Positions 60,777 through 64,000 of a stretch of 64,000 nucleotides of DNA are shown piece by piece. This stretch comes from an uncultured virus (IMG/VR IMGVR_UViG_3300006108_000010) (lineage: Duplodnaviria; Heunggongvirae; Uroviricota; Caudoviricetes): positions 1-64,000 of IMG/VR virus record IMGVR_UViG_3300006108_000010, one strand, 5' to 3'. Within the stretch, counting starts at the first letter, position 1, and every line of letters begins with the position of its first letter. A program made the position numbers and the translations under genes. The notes under the pieces were generated by a model. It had not been told where the DNA came from. It saw nothing but the letters and a program-made list of their open reading frames with translations, and made no database searches.

Positions 60777-63700
60777 ATGGCATCTACTTCAAACGTATCT
60801 TTAAGTACTCAAACTCCATTGGCTTTTACCGATTGGATTAGATACCAGACCGCTGTTTCCCCTGAAACTGAACAAGAATCATATTTAAATTATGTTCATG
60901 CTTGGTATGCATATCAAAATACGGTTCAAAATGTTACACAAGATGCTGTAAAGCAACAATATGTACAATTAGCCAAGGATTTAAGTTTTCTTTTTAGTAG
61001 TTCTGAAACAAGTGATCCATTCTTACAAAATATTGATTACAATGACCCTGAAAATTTAATTTATGCTATCCCTTTCTTTGCAAAGAAATTAAGACAGATT
61101 GCAATTGTTTTACAAAACAAAAGAGAAAATGTTAAACGTGCAAAGTTAAAGTATAATTTAATCGGTTCTGAAGATGGATTGCAGAAACTTTTATACGAAT
61201 ATATTTTAAGAGGGTTTACCATTACTGAGAATTCTATTACTCAAGTTCCTGCATCACCATTAATAAATTATTTTCCCGATTTAACTGCTGTTAAAGATAA
61301 TTTTTATATTGAGCTTGAAGAATTACATGACACTAATTCTTATTTTGACTCTGATCCATCCGTTCCAATTGAGAATTATTTGAACATAACTCAATTAACC
61401 GACACGTTTCCGTTATCATCATTTGATGATAACATGGTGAATCAGTTATTATCTACCAGATTTTTCCCAAGAGTTGCAGACACACCATTGTCTAATTTAT
61501 TCAAAGCTTACACATTATCCCTCCCAACATTATCAACTTATGCTTTATCAGCTGCTCCGACTAATTTAATTTTTAATGAAATTAATATATCTGAAAAATA
61601 TCTTGGTGAACCTGTTTATGGTTTAACTGCCATACGTTTACAGGATATAAATAAACCAGATTTAGTTTTAAACTTGTCATTTACCAATGGTAATAATTGG
61701 TTTTATTGGCCCAGCGGAAATAGGGTTGTAAACGATTCTATTTATAATGATTTTCTTCAGCCTATTTTAATTAATGATTCCAATTTAGTTGGTTCAGGGG
61801 CAACAGGGGGAACCAATTATAGAAATTCTGATTTAATTTTTACAGATAAAAACGGTGTGCTTGAGGGTGCTTGGTTGCAGGGTCCTCATAATCAAACGGT
61901 AAAAGCCGATATGGTTGCTACTATTGATGGTGGCGCAACAAGAGAATTTATCTTTCCGTTTCCAGGTCTTTTACTAAATTCAAAATCACTAACATTTAAT
62001 GATTTTTATATAAATGATACATACAGCAATAGTCAATTAGCAAATGTTGCGCCACAAATAAAAGTCGATGCATTAAATGCTTATTATTCAGCCGCTACAC
62101 CTTTAACAAGTTGTAATCCAATTTATTTAAATCAAACAAATATAATTGATACTACTAATGCTTCATCTGCTCAGTTTTCACCTGATGCAGATAATATCGT
62201 AAAGAAATTCAAAATTTCAAATAATATTAATAATTACAGTGAGTTTAAATACGGAGGAATAGAACAGGCATATCTTTATAGATTTGAAAGAACTGATATC
62301 CCAATTCAAGCTGGGTCTACTACGATACATTGGCCCATCCACACGTTTGATGCCGCAAATGACAACAATCCTATAACAATAACAAGCAATTATTGTTTAC
62401 CTATAACATTAGGTGATATAAATCCAATGTATGCAATGGTTGGTGCTGTTGCTGGAACTAATGTTAACAATGCTGATGTAATTTATAAGCTTAATAGTAA
62501 AACTGGCGATCCAATGGAAGCGGCTTGGCTCGGTTCCGGTGTAGTTTCTGGTTTAGATATAATAGCAAATTCAATTAATGTTTATGATTCGCCAGCTACA
62601 AACTGTTCTTTACCCGTTGTAGGTAGCGTACAACCATCTTGTTCTTTTATAGCAAATGGCGGAGACAGAATTTCATTTATATGGTGTGATGCTGATACAC
62701 CAGCTGACAATGTATTTAAATATGTTGAGCATCTTCCAACGTGTCCTTATGGCAAATCAATGCCTAATGATTTATATTCTGACCAAGATTACCAGAATCC
62801 AAATCCAATTAATATTAATGATACTTGGAGTAAATGTATTTGCCATTCCGTAAACTATTCACCTATTGGTAACTATGGTAATAGTGTTCTTGATTATAAT
62901 GGAATAGCTGATTATCTTTTTGCTGACCCACAGGGATTAGGCATAAATTTCAGTTTAAATAGCTGGACTGATACCAGAGGTTTTGATGCAAATAACAGTC
63001 CACAGTTTGCATTCTTCCAATTACAAAATGGAGATAGTCAGGTTGGATTCGGCGAAGGTACATGGAAAACTGGTAGTGGAGATCCATTTATATTAAAAAC
63101 TGGCAGACGTTACACTTATTACAGAACATCTTTAAGAGCAGACTATACTAGTAACGCAACCCCGCCGTATTTTGTATCAAATTATCAATATCAGAATATT
63201 AAAGGATTATATCAAAGTCCTGAAAATTACGATGTAGTAATATTATTAGACGTTAGTAGATCTGAAAGTAATAATATTGAAAACATGAAATCGATTGTGA
63301 TTTCTGTTATTGATAAAATACTAAACAATAATAATAATGTTGCTATAAATCCTAATTTTACACCACCAACAATACAAGTAAGTGTTGTAACCTTTGGAAC
63401 AAATCAATCACGTTTAAGTTATCTTACAAATAACTATTCAAATTTAGAATTATTTGTAAGCCAAGGTGTTTATGTTTCTCATGACCCTTCACAATATCAA
63501 ACAAATATTGCGGGTGCATTATCGATTGCACAAACATTGTTAACAACACAACAAGGAAATACAAATACGTTCTCAACTAGTTCAACCAATACAATTGCAT
63601 CGATATGTAATAATTTAAATTTTTATTTATATGAGGAAACATATGGTCAACCTACATATCTTAATAATCCGCAATATGTAACAAACCCAAATAATTCTAA

Positions 63701-64000
63701 ATCAAAAATATTAATTTTTAGTGATGGGTTAGAAAACGTTTATTTAGATTCAAACTCAAACGAGTATTCGGTTCTTACGAATAATTTATCCAGCGCAAGT
63801 AATTTTGCTAATAATTTAATACAACAAGGAATAGAGATTTATGGAATTAATATTGGAGACTTATCAAGTTCAAATGATTTAATTAAACAAATTTCTACTT
63901 CAAATGATTACTATTTTGATTTGGAAAGTTATTTGAAATCCGGTGACGGCAATACAGATAATTTCGCTGAATATATTTCTCAAAAACTAGGCTATTCTAT
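60777..64000 (+). CDS. Large virion protein with vWA domain, runs off right edge
   Basis: Missing from the track because no stop lies in the window; DVVILLDVSRSE (DxSxS) at 63231 is in frame with ATG 60777, followed by TNIAGAL and IFSDG. Confidence 0.75.
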   Translation, partial: MASTSNVSLSTQTPLAFTDWIRYQTAVSPETEQESYLNYVHAWYAYQNTVQNVTQDAVKQQYVQLAKDLSFLFSSSETSDPFLQNIDYNDPENLIYAIPFFAKKLRQIAIVLQNKRENVKRAKLKYNLIGSEDGLQKLLYEYILRGFTITENSITQVPASPLINYFPDLTAVKDNFYIELEELHDTNSYFDSDPSVPIENYLNITQLTDTFPLSSFDDNMVNQLLSTRFFPRVADTPLSNLFKAYTLSLPTLSTYALSAAPTNLIFNEINISEKYLGEPVYGLTAIRLQDINKPDLVLNLSFTNGNNWFYWPSGNRVVNDSIYNDFLQPILINDSNLVGSGATGGTNYRNSDLIFTDKNGVLEGAWLQGPHNQTVKADMVATIDGGATREFIFPFPGLLLNSKSLTFNDFYINDTYSNSQLANVAPQIKVDALNAYYSAATPLTSCNPIYLNQTNIIDTTNASSAQFSPDADNIVKKFKISNNINNYSEFKYGGIEQAYLYRFERTDIPIQAGSTTIHWPIHTFDAANDNNPITITSNYCLPITLGDINPMYAMVGAVAGTNVNNADVIYKLNSKTGDPMEAAWLGSGVVSGLDIIANSINVYDSPATNCSLPVVGSVQPSCSFIANGGDRISFIWCDADTPADNVFKYVEHLPTCPYGKSMPNDLYSDQDYQNPNPININDTWSKCICHSVNYSPIGNYGNSVLDYNGIADYLFADPQGLGINFSLNSWTDTRGFDANNSPQFAFFQLQNGDSQVGFGEGTWKTGSGDPFILKTGRRYTYYRTSLRADYTSNATPPYFVSNYQYQNIKGLYQSPENYDVVILLDVSRSESNNIENMKSIVISVIDKILNNNNNVAINPNFTPPTIQVSVVTFGTNQSRLSYLTNNYSNLELFVSQGVYVSHDPSQYQTNIAGALSIAQTLLTTQQGNTNTFSTSSTNTIASICNNLNFYLYEETYGQPTYLNNPQYVTNPNNSKSKILIFSDGLENVYLDSNSNEYSVLTNNLSSASNFANNLIQQGIEIYGINIGDLSSSNDLIKQISTSNDYYFDLESYLKSGDGNTDNFAEYISQKLGYS

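Noticed and set aside
1..64000. Stop-codon reassignment
   Set aside because: Recognisable genes are full length in code 11 and use TAA, TAG and TGA as stops; no suppressor tRNA was seen.

Overview
This is a fragment of a large (jumbo-type) dsDNA bacteriophage with T4-like traits: rIIA/rIIB, a Seg-like GIY-YIG and several HNH homing endonucleases, TAA(A/G)TA late-promoter-like motifs and sigma70-like early promoters. ORFs read cleanly in the standard code, and the host cannot be identified from sequence alone. 1-29.6 kb is AT-rich and holds small hypothetical genes, phosphoesterases, two paralogous virion proteins, 17 tRNAs and a tmRNA. 29.6-45.5 kb is a GC-richer, almost entirely minus-strand early/accessory island (DUF932, HhH glycosylase, rIIA/B, 3 tRNAs). 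It is punctuated by about 15 copies of a TGGGTAAAA core, 9 of which form a fixed-length 36-37-bp TTGGG...CCCAA element between terminators and promoters. 45.9-58.6 kb is mixed accessory genes. 58.6-64 kb is a tail/virion module ending in a large vWA-domain protein. The main leads are (i) a shared N-terminal peptide on at least 8 unrelated, mostly late-promoter-preceded proteins (candidate capsid-targeting/injected-cargo system), (ii) the 37-bp cassette-boundary element, (iii) a tRNA-Ser-like body with a UAU anticodon plus a tRNA-Ser(ACU), and (iv) two promoter-driven, structured, unassigned RNAs. All calls were made by eye from motifs; no database searches were run.
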